Shown: positions 12,249 through 26,065 of the stretch, piece by piece
How the letters are laid out: every line of letters starts with the position of its first letter
Position numbering within the stretch: the stretch's first letter is position 1
Assembly: GCF_006345805.1 (NCBI RefSeq)
Contig: NC_043006.1
Location: forward strand, 19,654,001 to 19,718,000
Direction: 5' to 3'
DNA length: 64,000 nt
Source of the DNA: Octopus sinensis
Lineage: Eukaryota
Made by a program: the position numbers and the translations under genes
Notes under the pieces: generated by a model
Database searches by the model: none
What the model saw: the letters and a program-made list of their open reading frames with translations, nothing else
Told to the model about the DNA's origin: nothing

Positions 12249-13624
12249 TTAACACATAATCACATACTACACAGCACTCTCTTCCCTTCCACTGAATCCA
12301 ATGACCCTTCAAGTTAGTCAACTCACTGAAGTTCTACCAGTTTTGTACCACTTATCCCTTGCAACACATTTGCTCCACTCCTAATCTATCAGAAACAGCC
12401 AAGTGGGTGAGTGAAACCACCTTTCTAGGCATGTCACTGCATATGCCACACACAACAAAAGCACAATGTCCCAAGTTCTCCAAGTCGTTTGTTCATTGCT
12501 GCACTGTAGTTGTTTGGACAAAAAAAAACATGACTTCTGTTTCTTGGAACTGACTGGTCATATATCTCCACCACTCAGGAACCCCAAATCCATTCATTTC
12601 TCTACTTCTCATGACCCTAGTTGCATCCACCCCTAACCCCACAATAACTATTATACTCAGTCTCCTTCTTCCTTGGAATATGCAATCTTCCTTCCCATGT
12701 CTTCCTTGCAGGGGTTGACCTGCAATAGTTTAAATGGAATATTAAAAACATCTCTCTCTAACTAGTTTCTGAGAGATTGCAAATGCCATAGTGACTGAAC
12801 TTTCTTCCAAACAGGGCTGCTTCAACTGCACAATAAGCCCCCAAACAAAGTAATGCTCTGAGTAACCCTTATAAACACAACTACAGTATACATAGATTTG
12901 CATTGGGTTGCTAGATCCTGTGCAGCTCCCAGGCAATTGCCCAGTGCACCCATGCTTCAAAATGGCACTGCCTGTAAATTGAACAAGTAAAAATTAAAAG
13001 TACAAAATTGTTACCAGTCTTGGAAAAATTCCAAGATTAAAAAATTAGTGATAGAGAAAACAAAAGTACAGATTTTTAAGAAGATTCAATAAATTTTGAA
13101 ATAGACTCAATGAAATTGGTGACCTTTATAACCAAGTTCTCAAAGTGTCAGAAATTTTAATAACAATTGAAAGAACACTAAATAAACAAACAACAAAAAC
13201 TGGGTTTTTTTTTATTTTTATATGCTAGTTATCAAGATTAAAATTCTAATGTGTAACTAAAGAAATTCTAATGTGTAATTAAAGAAGAAAAAAAAGCTGA
13301 TTCTTTTGTGATATTATCTGCAGTCCTAAGGTCTACTTGAACCGACATGTTGGCACCAAGAGTAGAATTATCAACCAAAAGTTCAAACATATAAAAGACA
13401 TCTGTGAACTTTCTCTTGAGATTTCTCTTAGTTCACGTTTTAGATATTTACATTGATAGCTTTGTCAAAACTTTGACAATCACAAGTCCTTTGGAACCAA
13501 TCAGTTTAATTTACAAAAATACTGCTATTTATAAAGCAGTTCCAGAACCAGTGTGTATTCTTAAAATACATACACATACACACATGCATGCATGCACACA
13601 TATGTATGCATATGTATTTGTAAA

Positions 13625-14140
13625 TCATCATCATCATCATCATCATCATCGTTTAACGTCCGTTCTCCATGCTAGCATGGGTTGGACGGTTCGACCGGGG
13701 ATCTGGGAAGCCAGAAGGCTGCACCAGGCTCCAGTCTTATCTGGCAATGTTTCTACAGCTGGATGCCCTTCCTAACGCCAATCACTCCGTGAGTGTAGTG
13801 GGTGCTTTTTACGTGCCACCCGCACAGGTGCCAGGCGAGGCTGGCAATGGCCACAGTCGGATTGGTGCATTTTACGTGCCACCGGCACGGAAGCCGGTCG
13901 AGGCGGCACTGGCATCGGCCACGATTCGGATAGTGCTATTTACGTACCACCAGTCCAGGGGTCCTGGCATCTGCCGGATGCCAGTCATAGGATTGGTTCA
14001 ATTTCGATTTCGATTTCGATTTCACTTGCCCCAACATGTCTTCGCAAGCAGAGGGGATTGGAATGGGTGCCTGTCGTCGGATGAGGTTTGATATCGACTT
14101 CGCTTGCCTCAACAGGTCTTTGTGTCCAAGGGAGGAAAGG
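13625..14140 (-). mobile_element. abundant (TGA)n-tailed retroposon (family R)
   Basis: (CAT)n-CGTTTAACGTCCG-TCCATGCTAGCATGGGTTGGACG..GGATGCCCTTCCTAACGCC. Further copies at ~23245, 24555-24930, 25350-25865, 28325, 30330-30780, 38100-38400, 39700, 45505, 55250. Confidence 0.75.
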
Positions 14141-14250
14141 CATGCATAAATATACATATATTATCATGTATGTATGTACGTTTGTGTATACATACATATA
14201 ATGATAAATGTTGCCCTTTTCAAGCCTAGTCAGGAAAGGAAAGAAAGGGG

Positions 14251-14285
14251 GTTCTATGTTTCGAGCAATGCTCTTCTTCAGAAAC
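14251..14285 (-). ncRNA. degenerate minimal type I hammerhead ribozyme motif (Penelope-type)
   Basis: Minus strand: GUUU-CUGAAGA-A-GAGC(AUU)GCUC-GAAA-CAU-A-GAAC. Stem III ACAU is a damaged ACGU palindrome. Confidence 0.45.
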
Positions 14286-14340
14286 AGGGGATAGAGGGAA
14301 GTCCAAGAGAAAAGTAAGATGGAGGAAAAAAATCACCAAC

Positions 14341-14760
14341 AGGTGCAAGAGTGGCTGTGTGATAAGTAGCTTGCTTACCAACCACATGGTTCCGGGTTCA
14401 ATCCCATTGCGTGGCACCTTGGGCAAGTGTCTTCTACTATAGCCTCGGGCCAACTAAAGCCTTGTGAGTGGATTTGGTAGACGGAAACTGAAAGAAGCCC
14501 ATTGTATATATGTATATATATATGTGTGTGTGTGTGTGCATGTATGTTTGTGTGTCTGTGTTTGTCCCCCTAGCATTGCTTGACAACCGATGCTGGTGTG
14601 TTTATGTCCCCGTCACTTAGCGGTTCGGCAAAAGAGACCGATAGAATAAGTACTGGGCTTACAAAAGAATAAGTCCCGGGGTCGAGTTGCTCGACTAAAG
14701 GCGATGCTCCAGCATGGCCGCAGTCAACTGACTGAAACAAGTAAAAGAGTAAAAGAGTAA
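14341..14760 (+). mobile_element. CORE-type SINE, near full length (family C)
   Basis: Head to GAAACAAGTAAAAGAGTAAAAGAGTA tail. Confidence 0.85.
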
Positions 14761-14972
14761 CAATCCACACACACACACAAGTTCGCATGCACACAGGCTG
14801 CAAAGTTCATATGCTCACTGAACTGAGAAGGAGTGATGCTAGAGGTGTGAAATCTTGCATGCTTTAATTTTATCTCTTCTTATTAATAACTGACATTGTT
14901 TCTTTCCTGGTAAACTGATGCCTGACTTTTCAAATAAAATTCAAAAATAACTAATAGTAAGTTCTCTTGAAA

Positions 14973-15680
14973 ATGGACAAAATTTTTTACATTGTCGTGT
15001 TATCAAATACCAGCAGAAAAGGGGTTTAGCCCCTAAAGACATTCATGCTGACATGGCTTCTACATTAGGGGATGATGTTCCAACTTTTTCACAGGGGCAA
15101 AAGTGGGCAGCTGAATTTTGAAGGGGAAAGGAGGGTCTTGAAGATGACCCAAGGTCTGGAAGTCCTGAAGCTGCCACCACTGAGGAAAACATTGGTCATG
15201 CTCACCACATGGTGATGGATGACAAATGATTTACTATAAATCAAATAGCCAATGCAATTAGAATATCTCTTGAGAGAATTGAGAATATTCTGCTCAATGA
15301 TCTCGGTTTCAGCTCAGTGGGTGGGTGCTACATTTTCTGACACTTGATCAAAAGTGCACCAGGTTGATTTCATCATGGAAAAATCTGAGATCGTTTCAGG
15401 CAGATCCAGCTGATTTCTTTGAATGTTTCCTGACCCAAAGACAAAGAGAAAATCCACTCCTCCTCACCTGCTTTAAAGAAGGCCAAAGTCATTTCATCTG
15501 CATGGTAGGAGTCAGCCTCAGTTTGGGGGGATGCAAAAGGCATTGTGTTTATTGACTATCTTCAAAAGTGTCATACCACCAATGAAGAGTACTATGCTAA
15601 CTTGCTGATGCAGTTACAAAAGGCTATCAAGACCAAACACCTAGGAAAACTGACAACAAAGGTTTTATTTCATCAGAAAT
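14973..15680 (+). mobile_element. decayed mariner transposase
   Basis: MDKI..VIKY..KRGLAPKDIHADM..LGDD..KWAAEF..LEDDPRSG..TTEENI: N-terminal HTH of a mariner transposase, with stops and frameshifts. Confidence 0.8.
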
Positions 15681-15744
15681 GTTGCGATCGATCTATATTA
15701 TTCATGGTAGGCACTGCTTACCTAGGCGGCACGTACCTTATATA

Positions 15745-17025
15745 CAGGGTGAAATGGGTAAATTGATGCCCATTTTATATTTCTAATTTCGTGCATGCAC
15801 ATTGTTTGTTTTTGATTTTGTCGACTACACAGTATAGTAGGGTCAGTTGGGCACCGTCTGTCAGAAAAACAGCACCGTGATGTAATTTACTCTGCCAGAA
15901 ATTTGGAAACAACATGCTGTACTGCTTCGCATTTACACCAGAAGCTCCAATATGAACATTTCAGAGTGTTTGGATGTCAATCTGAGGACCGTGCAGAGGA
16001 TTCGGAAAGAGATGGATGAGTCTACTGGTGATTGTGAAGGTACAGCAGTTCGGAAAACTTCCTCTGATCGTTCTGATAAGAAAATGAACTCCTAAATTTG
16101 TTGGTGAGATCAAGGCCATGATTGGCAACGTTCCCTCCAAGACAGGGACATGGGAGTGTCTGAGTTTCTTATCAGGCAGGTAGTGCATGAAGACATTCAG
16201 TATTCCTCATACATGCTGAGGAGAAAGGGCCAAATTTTATACCAGGCCATCAAGGACAAGAGGAAAGGCTGCACTACAAACTCAAGCATCCCCTCCAACC
16301 AAACATTCTTTGGTTTTTCTCAGATGAGAACATTTTCTGCCAGGACCAAATGGTGAACACACAGAACAACCATTGGCTTGCCATGTCCCCAAAACATGAG
16401 CGAAGAATGATAAAAATCAAGCATCCAGTCAACATCATAGCATTTGGAGTGATCACTAGTGATGGTGATGTTGTGCCTCCATTCCTCTTCACACATGGTC
16501 TCTGACTCAACACAGAGGCCTATATCAAGTGCCTTGGAGGAGGTAGTGCTGCCATGTATCAAGGGGGTGGCTGCTAGAAGATCCAATGTCTGACAACAGG
16601 ACTCTTCACCATGCTACACAATCAGGAGAACCCAGTCATGACTGTCAGACAATTTCTGAGACTACATCAACCCTAACATCTGGCCACCTAACTCCCCAGA
16701 TTACAACCCACTTCATTATTATGTGTGGGGCACAGTTGAGCGAGAGACCAACAAAACTCCTTGTAACACCGAAGGTGGACTGAACGCAAAGATTATGGCA
16801 GCATTCACCAACTTAAACAAGGAGGCTATCCAGAAGAGTTGCAAGAGATTCTAAAGTTGTCTAGAGGCTGTGGTTGAAACCAATGGTGATTTTATTGAAT
16901 AAATTTACTCTTTAGTATTTCAAGATATTTTTATCTAATTTTGGTAAATATATCTGTTAAAATGAGATGTCAGTGTTACTTTCATTTTTGCATAATTTAG
17001 ATGACAATTTATTCACTGCACCCCA
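15745..17025 (+). mobile_element. decayed maT (DD37D-type) Tc1/mariner element
   Basis: Imperfect TIRs CAGGGTG..AAATTG / CAATTT..CACCCC with flanking TA. Transposase remnants FFSDE.NF, QDSSPC..T, IWPPNSPDYNPL.YYVWG and LEAVVETNGDFIE*. Confidence 0.8.
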
Positions 17026-17184
17026 TATATATGTTGTTGTTGCTTTCCAGTTTCAGCTCTTGAGCTGTGGCCATGCTGGGGCACCGCCATATGTATATAA
17101 TATTACATAAATATATATATTTATGCATGTGTATAGTATTATGTGAGTATAACATTATATAGACATATACACATATTCTCTTAC

Positions 17185-17218
<34 letters not shown>

Positions 17219-17585
17219 AAGTGCATGCACGTGTGTGTGTTTCTGTGTGTGTGTGTTTCTGTGTGTGTGTGTGTATTAAATCTTAAACACACAATCTTAT
17301 CTCATGTTTTGAGAATGTTTGGGATTTGAGAGAGAATCCTTTAATGTCTTTTAATTAATCCTCAGCAATGATTAATTATGTAATAATGAAATTATTTGAC
17401 TCTTGGGTTTGGAGATTCTAACACGATTATGGAATGTCAGGTAAATAAGAGTGGTTGCTGTTGTTTGCACTAGATAAAGGTGGAGGTAACAGAGAAAGTG
17501 TGTGAAGTGGTTTGAACTAGAGAAGTGAACCAATCATAGTAATGTCTTTTAGAGACATGAAATTTCAGATTATTAAAAAAATAAG

Positions 17586-18003
17586 GGATCTTTTCTGTTT
17601 GAACGGCAGTTTTTTAAAATAATTTCCACGTAACTAAACACTTTTAAACTTCGTATACTGGTAGAATGTGTTTATAAAACATCTTTTTCTCTTGGCATTA
17701 TTGAGAAAATTCTATAGTTTGTAAGATATTTGTTGTTTTTCTTCTTCAATTTCTGTAATTTCAACCAATCAGTGACGTCTATTGAGGTGAAAACATTCTG
17801 TGCCGTATGAATATGTCCCTCGTTTAAGAAACAGATTGGGTTTATTTACATTTGTGAAGAAAAAAATATACCCTTCCTCCCACCCCTAACCCTAACCCTA
17901 AAACAGATTGAAATGCAATAGATCGATACTAGGGTCATAATTATGGGTGACAATTTCATATGACACCGCTAGGAAAAAACTGCCGTTCAAACCGAAAAGA
18001 TCC
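17586..18003. mobile_element. Merlin-like MITE containing (CCCTAA)n
   Basis: 30-bp TIRs GGATCTTTTCTGTTTGAACGGCAGTTTTTT / AAAAAACTGCCGTTCAAACCGAAAAGATCC. Putative 8-bp TSD AAAATAAG / AAAATAGG. GG termini with an 8-9 bp TSD are Merlin hallmarks. Confidence 0.7.
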
Positions 18004-18157
18004 AAAATAGGACTAAATAGGACACAACAAAGACAATGACAATAGCAGCAACATAGATAATGATGACGATGACAGCAATAACTATAATGATGATTTCTAT
18101 GAGAGCAGAAGTTTGGCATAAGAGAAATCTGGGTTAATATTTGAGCTTTTTCCATGT

Positions 18158-18565
18158 AGGCGCAGGAGTGGCTGTGTGGTAAGTAGCTCGTTTACCAACC
18201 TCATGGTTCTGGGTTTAGTCCCACTGCATGGTACCTTGGGCAAGTGTCTTCTACTATAGCCTCGGGCCGACCAAAGCCTTGTGAGTGGATTTGGTAGACG
18301 GAAACTGAAAGAATCCCATCGTATATATATATATATATATATATGCGTGTGTGTGTTTGTGTGTCTGTGTTTGTCCCTCTAACATTGCTTGACAACCGAT
18401 GCTGGTGTGTTTATGTCCCCGTTACTTAGCGGTTCGGCAAAAGAGACCGATAGAATAAGTACTGGGCTTACAAAAAGAATAAGTCCTGGGGTCGAGTTGC
18501 TCGATTAAAAGGCAGTGCTCCAGCATGGCCATGGTCAGATGACTGAAACAAGTAAAAGAGTAAAG
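18158..18565 (+). mobile_element. CORE-type SINE (family C), followed by an older copy at ~18615-18930
   Basis: Full head-to-tail match to the 14341 copy. Confidence 0.85.
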
Positions 18566-18781
18566 AGAGTACATTTGTTTGCCTTCTTCCTTGTAATTAA
18601 TATATCTATTGGTATGGTAGTGTGGTAAGAAGCTTGCTTCCCAACCATGTGGTTCCGGGTTCAGTCCCACTGCATGGTACCTTGAGCAAGTGTCTTCTAC
18701 TATAGCCTCAGGCTAACCAAATCTATGTGAGTGGATTTGGTAGATGGAAATTGAAAGAAGCCTGTCATATATACGTATGCA

Positions 18782-18812
<31 letters not shown>

Positions 18813-19075
18813 CTGTATGAGTGTTTTCATATCTGTGTTTGTTTTTTCACCACTTGACAACCGATGTTGGTGTGTTTATGTCCTCATGATCTAGTGGTTC
18901 AGAAAAAGAGACCAATAGAATAAGTACTAGTTCAAATTCCACCAAGACTAACTTTGCCCTTCATCCTTTCAAGGTTGATAAAAAAAGTACCAGTTGAATA
19001 CTGGAATCAATGTAACCAGCCCCCACCCCTGAGACTGCTGGCTTTGTGCCAAAATTTGAAACCAATGTATACATG

Positions 19076-19360
19076 CAGGGGTTGGACAAAATAATGGGGA
19101 CACATTAAAATTTCAAACAAATTTATTTTGCTATAGGGTAGGACTAACTTTGTGGGTAATTACAGCTTGATTTCTACAAGGTATGGACTCGTACAAAGTT
19201 TGAATTGTTTCCAAAGGAATTTTTTCCATTCTTCCGCTAAAACAGTCTCCAGTTCTTGTAGTGATGATAGTGGAGGATATCAACTCTTGTTTTTCTAATA
19301 TGCACCATAAATGCTCAATAATATTGAGATCTAGGGACTGTGGTGGCTACATAAGATGTT
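19076..19360 (-). mobile_element. Tc1-like fragment (transposase C-terminus + TIR)
   Basis: CAGGGGTTGGACAAAATAAT end. Minus strand encodes WKKIPLETIQTLYESIPCRNQAVI. Confidence 0.55.
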
Positions 19361-19419
19361 CGACTTCACTAGAATGTTCTTTGTGCCATTCAGTAACAAC
19401 TTTAACTGTGTGAATTGGT

Positions 19420-19705
19420 GCATTATCATCCCGAAAGATTGCGTTTCCATCAAAAGGTTCCTGAATAAGGAATGTTTACGGATGACAATCAAAACACCCA
19501 TGTTTCCAGAGGTGAATTATCCAACCCCAAAGAGTTCCTCTCAACACATGGCTATGATGCTCCCTCACTACTTCTGCTCATGATCAGAGATGCACATATC
19601 ATCAGCCACTAAGGGACATGCTCAACTGGTTTAAGGTCAAGAAACTGACAAGCAGATCTGTGGTTTTGAGCAGAAGATTTATTGTGGCCCATCTTTTATA
19701 CCAAG
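19420..19705 (+). mobile_element. (ATT)n-tailed retroposon 3' end
   Basis: CAACACATGGCTATGATGCTCCC..GATCAGAGATGCACAT..GAGCAGAA shared with ~22385-22840 and ~44140-44305; the copies here and at 22385 end in (ATT)n. Confidence 0.65.
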
Positions 19706-20101
<396 letters not shown>

Positions 20102-20334
20102 TACTTTTAATCTGCGTGTTTGCTACAATCACTTGCTGAGGCACACCCAGCATCCTGGGGTGATGAGTGAAGGATAAAATATGTTACAGTATGACTGAAA
20201 GCTTGGGGAGGGAAAGAGGCAGGGGCAGTAGTGAAATAATTTCATGTAATACAACACAGACATTTAAATTGATAGGGTTTTCTAAGGATGTGAGCAGTAC
20301 TTGTCAGCATAATCTTTTGGATTTCTCTATGATG

Positions 20335-21000
20335 TGATTCTCCTTGGGTATTATCTAGATGTTTCTGATATCCCTTTTTTTATCATACCTAGGGTAGCCA
20401 CAATAATAGGAACAGTTCTCACTTTAAGATACCACATCTTCTGTATTTCAATTTCCAGGTCCTTATATTTACTTAATTTGTCAAATTCCTTTATAGCTAT
20501 ATTTTTACCAGTGGGAACATTTACATCTATTAGTCAACAAGTATTTTTTTCTCAGTCTTTAATGACTATGTCTGGTCAATTAGCCTGGAAAGTTCTGTCA
20601 GTCTTGACTGGAAAATACCAAAGGATAGTGACATTCAACGACTGGTTCAAGATGATGTTCATACCAGTAAGTAGGAGTGCTGATTTTGTAGTGTTTACAT
20701 ATTTTCCAATGTAAATACTAACCTACCCTATCGTGATGACTTTTGCATTCATTTGGTGTCAGCACAGGACATCTTGAGATGAGATGGTCTATTGATTTGT
20801 CAAATTTACCGCAGAATCTGCATTTAGGGTCAGAACTGTTTTGAAGAACATTAGCCTGGTAGTTTTTGGTAAGCAAGCTTTGGTCTTGTGCCATCAATAT
20901 GAAACCTTCAGTCTCTGCTTTCAGGCCTAACCTTCTCAGCCACTGATGGGTTGTTGTTTGATTCTACATCAGCATTTCAGCTTCAAAGTACATACTGTCC
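20335..21000 (-). mobile_element. R4/Dong-like RLE LINE C-terminal fragment
   Basis: Minus strand ..VPTGKNIAIKEFDKLSKYKDLEIEIQKMWYLKVRTVPIIVATLGMIKK: restriction-like endonuclease tail. Confidence 0.7.
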
Positions 21001-21109
21001 ATGCAGAGGCTTCTGGCTCCACCGCACCTCAATATGTTTCTGCCCATTCATAGCAGTGTTACTTTTTGTATGCTTTATACTTTCATAAGACCTAGTGTTT
21101 TGGTTATGT

Positions 21110-21336
21110 ATTTACTCTTTACTCTTTTACTCTTTTACTTGTTTCAGTCATTTGACTGCAGCCATGCTGGGGCACCGCCTTTAGTCGAGCAAATCGACCC
21201 CGAGATTTATTCTTTGTAAGCCCAGTACTTATTCTATCGGTCTCTTTTGCTGAACCGCTAAGTGACGGGGACGTAAACACACCAGCATTGGTTGTCAAGC
21301 AATGCTAGAGGGACAAACACAGACACACAAACATAT

Positions 21337-21367
<31 letters not shown>

Positions 21368-21530
21368 CATATATACGACAGGCTTCTTTCAGTTTCCGTC
21401 TACCAAATCCACTTACAAGGCATTGGTCGGCCAGGGGCTATAGTAGAAGACACTTGCCCAAGATGCCACGCAGTGGGACTGAACCCGGAACCATGTGGTT
21501 GGTTAGCAAGCTACTTACGAGTTAGAATAT
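21110..21530 (-). mobile_element. CORE-type SINE (family C)
   Basis: Reverse complement of the 14341 copy; another at ~28770-29175. Confidence 0.85.
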
Positions 21531-21784
21531 TATACATGTAAGAGAAAATTATAAAATATCTCTTATTAAAAATTCCTCAGACAACGAATCAATTATCAGG
21601 TTGAATAAAAAATAAGCAACGTTTTGAACCATGAAGAATTTGTACCAGATTTTTGCAGGGTTTTGAATTTTTGTTAAACATTTTTTTGCAGTTGTCTGAT
21701 AATACAGATATAAACTTACCTAAATGCATCAGTCAGTATATGTTTTAATCATACCTAATGCATCTATTACTATAGATATTATTT

Positions 21785-22135
21785 CTGTTTTCAGGTTCCA
21801 CATTCAGGTTATCTCTATTTCCAGAGCTTTATACCTTTTAGAGAAACATTGTCAACTGTTGGGACTAATATGTTGATTAGAAGTAATTATTTTTCCTGAG
21901 GGTCTCTGATGACAATATCTGGTGATCTCTCTCTATATGTGTATATTGACATATCTCGGAATATGATTGCCTTTGTCATTTTCTGAGACCTTTTCTGGGA
22001 TATACTAATACCATTTATTTTTCTGTTGACGATCCATAGTATTGGCACAGCTTACTGTGTATAAATGTCCTAACTCTGTCATGTCTGAGGATATATTCCA
22101 TCTTAGTCAGGAATGGGCAGCCAGAGACAATATTA
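21785..22135 (-). mobile_element. R4/Dong-like RLE LINE fragment
   Basis: Minus strand GCPFLTKMEYILRHDRV..IHSKLCQYY..PDIVIRD..YKALEIEIT.MWNLK. Confidence 0.7.
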
Positions 22136-22152
22136 TTATTAGTAGTAGTAGT

Positions 22153-22375
22153 AAGGCAGCGAGCTGGCAGAATTGTTAGCACACTAGGCAAAATGCTTAG
22201 TGGTATTTCACCGGTTGCTACATTCTGGGTTCAAATTCCACCGAGGTTGACTTTACCTTTCATCCTTTTGAGGTTGATAAATTGAGTACCAGTGAAACAC
22301 TGGGGGTCAATGAAATCAACTAGTCTCCTCCCACTAAATTTCAGGCCCTGTGCTGATAATAGAAAGGATTATTAT
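22153..22375 (+). mobile_element. Nin/Deu-domain SINE (family N)
   Basis: GGCAGCGAGCTGGCAGAA head and CCTTTCATCCTT..GAGGTTGATAAATTGAGTACCAG central motif. Copies at ~22915, 23690, 27140(-), 37490(-), 52965, 53190, 61855. Confidence 0.7.
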
Positions 22376-22857
22376 TATTATTATTGAGTGAGAGAGCAGT
22401 TCATGCCACTGGGGTAAAATATACGAAGCCCAATATGCCCATCATGACTACCCGTCTGATAAAGGTACACCAGGCACATGCATCACAACCATATGTGCGC
22501 GACATGGTGATCTCATATCAAGATAAACAGCACATGACCTTGCAGGTGGGGCCCAGTTAGAATTTTCTTCAGGTTGAGTAGCCCATCCCGCTCAAACGGT
22601 CCCTGAATAAGGGTTGTTTAAGGATGTTGAAAGAACCACCCATGTTTCCAGAGGTGAACTATTCAAACCCCAAAGAATCCCTCTCAACACATGGCTATGA
22701 TGCTCCCCCACTACTTCTGCTCATGATCAGAGATGCACATATCGTCAGCCACCAAGGGACATGCTCAACTGGTTAAGGTCAAACAACTGACAAGCAAATC
22801 TGTGGTATTGAGCAGAATATTTGCTATAGCCCATCTTATTATTATTATTATTATTAT

Positions 22858-22913
<56 letters not shown>

Positions 22914-23133
22914 TGACAGAAAGCTGGCAGAAACGTTAGCATGCTGCGCTAAATGCTTAGCGGCATTTCATCCGTTTCCATGTTCTGAGTTCAAATTCCA
23001 CCAGGGTTGACTTTGCCTTTCATCCTTTCAGGGTTCTGGGTCAATGAAATAAGTATCAGTTGAGCACTGGGGTGGATGAAATTGACTAAGCCCCTCCCCC
23101 AAAATCTCAGGCCTTGTGTCTATAGTAGAAAGG

Positions 23134-23177
<44 letters not shown>

Positions 23178-23210
23178 GTTATTATTGTTATTATTATTAA
23201 TAATATTATT

Positions 23211-23243
<33 letters not shown>

Positions 23244-23936
23244 CATCATCATCATCATCATCGTTTAGCGTCCGTTTTCCATGCTAGCATGGGTTGGACG
23301 GTTCTACTGGGGTCTGTGAAGCCAGAAGGCTTCATCAGGCCCAGTCAAATCTGGCAGTGTTTCTACGGCTGGATGCCCTTCCTAACGCCAACCACTCCGT
23401 GAGTGTAGTGGGTGCTTTTTGCGTGCCACCCGCACAGGTGCCAGACAGAGCTGGCAAACGGCCACGAACGGATGGTGCTTTTAATGTGCCACCGGCACAA
23501 GGGCCAGGCGAGGCTGGCAACGGACACGAAATGGGGCGGTGCTGGCAACGGTCACGAAACGGAAGGTTCTCTTACATGCCACCGGCACTGGTAACACATC
23601 TGCAATTTCCATTGATCGATTTCCATTCTGATAATAATAATAATAATAATAATGTTGTTGTTGATGTTGTTGTTGTTACAGTGAGCAGGTAGACTCATTA
23701 GAGCATTGGGAAAAATACTATTGGATATTTATTTGTTCCAGCTCTTTATATTCCAAGTTCAAATCCCATTGAGGTCAACTTTACTTTTCATTCCTCAAGG
23801 GCCAATAATATAATGCACTATTCAAACACTGCAATCGACATTACCCACTTAACCCCTCCCCTCAAATTAACTGGCTTTCTGCCTAAATTAGATATTACTA
23901 TTATGAACAGTGACAGATCAGCATAATTATTAGAGT

Positions 23937-24237
23937 GGAGGCATGTAGCCTAGTGGTTAGAGCAGCGGACTCGCGGTCGAGGGATCGTGGGTTCAAATCT
24001 CAGACCAGGCGATGTGTGTGTTTATGAGCGAAACACCTAAGCTCCACGCGGCTCCGGCAGAAGGTAATGGCAAACTTCTGCTGAGTCTTTCGTCACAACT
24101 TTCTCTCACTCTTTCCTCCTGCATCTTGCAGCTCACCTGCGACGGACCAGCGTCCTGTCCAGGTGGGGAACCTATACAGCAAGGAAACCAGGAAACCGGC
24201 CCTTATGAGCCAGGCATGGCTCGAGAAGGAACAAACA
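23937..24237 (+). mobile_element. tRNA-derived SINE (family T, second variant tail)
   Basis: A/B boxes present; tail shared with 51948-52245. Confidence 0.85.
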
Positions 24238-25117
24238 TAATTATTAGAGAGGCAGAAAAAAAGTACCCAACAGTATTTCTTCCAACTCTTTATGTTCTGA
24301 GTTCAAATTCTTCTGGACTCTTTATACCTCAAGGGTCAATAGATTAAAGGGCCAAGCAATTACTGACGTTGATGTGATCAGCTAACCCCTCTCTTTAAAA
24401 TTGCTAGCCTTTTGTCTAAATCAGAAATCATCATTTTCATTGTTGTTGTTATCCTCCTTGGCTCTTCTACTACTACTGCTACTACTACTGCTGCTGCTAT
24501 AACTACTATTATGACTACTGCCACTGCTGTTTCTGCTGCTGTTTGATATTTCTGTTAATGGGTAGCACGTAAAAGCACCATCCGTTCATGTCCGTTGCCA
24601 GCCTTGCCTGGCCCCGTACCGGTGGCACGTAAAAACACCATCCGTTCGTGTCCGTTGCCAGCCTCGCCTGGCCCCCGTGCTGGTGGCACGTAAAAACACC
24701 ATCCGTTCGTGGCCGTTTGCCAGCTCTGTCTGGCACCTGTGCAGGTGGCACGTAAAAAGCACCCACTACACTCACGGAGTGGTTGGCGTTAGGAAGGGCA
24801 TCCAGCCATAGAAACACTGCCAGATCTGACTAGGCCTGATGAAGCCTTCCGGCTTCACAGACCCCAGTTGAACCGTCCAACCCATGCTAGCATGGAAAAC
24901 GGACGTTAAATGATGATGATGATGATGATGACGTGTCATGTTTGTCACTGAGCTTTGAATTCCTGTTTCACTTAATGGTTGTTTGATTACTAAAGCCTGA
25001 TAAATATGGCACAACCAATACCAACATAATGACTACCATCACCACTAACACCATCAACGTCACCACCACCACTAATACCATCTCTACCATCAACACCACC
25101 ACCACCACTATCATTAA

Positions 25118-25337
25118 CCCTTTCGTTACCAACCCAGCTGAAACCATCTCTGGCTCTGAGTATAAATGTCTGGTTTTCATAAGTTTTGGATTAAAATCTT
25201 CCACCAAACCTTAGTCACAATTTATACTCTTAACACTAGCTTAATGGTAACGAAGTTATTTTACTAAATTCTTTGTTATATTTAAGATAATTGAAAGTAA
25301 CACAGAGCATCGCAAAATAAATACAGTAACGAAAGGG
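25118..25337. mobile_element. piggyBac-like MITE (family P1), inverted relative to 4246
   Basis: TTAA|CCCTTTCGTTAC...GTAACGAAAGGG|TTAA. Confidence 0.85.
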
Positions 25338-26065
25338 TTAATACCTCCACTACCGGTGATGCATAAAAGGGGCCCATGCTGGAGATATGTAGAAAGCATC
25401 CATGCTGGTGGCACATAAAATTCACCCGTGCCAGTAACACATAAACGACACCCTTTCTCGTGACACATATAAGTCACCTGTGCCAGTTACACATAAAAGG
25501 CACCTTTGCCAGCGACATATGAAAGGCACTCATGTCAATGACTCATAGGAGGCACCCATGCCAGTGACACGTAAAAGGCACATGTGCCAGTGACATGTAA
25601 GAGAGCTTTGTGCTGGTGACCCATAAAAGGCATCCATGTCGGTGGCATGTAAAAGGAAACCGTGCCAGTGACATATAGATAAATGGCACTCATGCCTGTG
25701 ACACCTAGTACACTCTGTAGAGTGGATGGCATTTGGAAGGGCATGTAGTCATAGAAACCGAGCCAAAACAAGCTTGGGACCTGGTGCAACTCTCCAGCTT
25801 ACCAACCCCAGTCAAACCATCTTACCCAAACCAGCATGGAAAACAGGTGCTAAATGATGATGATGGTGGTGGTGGTGGTGGTGGTGGTGGTGGTGGTGGT
25901 AGTGGTGGTGATGGTGATGATGATGCAGCCTGCAAGACTCTGTGAATGGCATGTCTAACTAAAAATTACCTTGAATTTTCTTCATACTACAGCCTGCCTA
26001 ATGATTGAGTTATGTCCCAAGTGGTCCACTCCTTAAGAAAAGATTGCTCATACCTTGATCTACAC

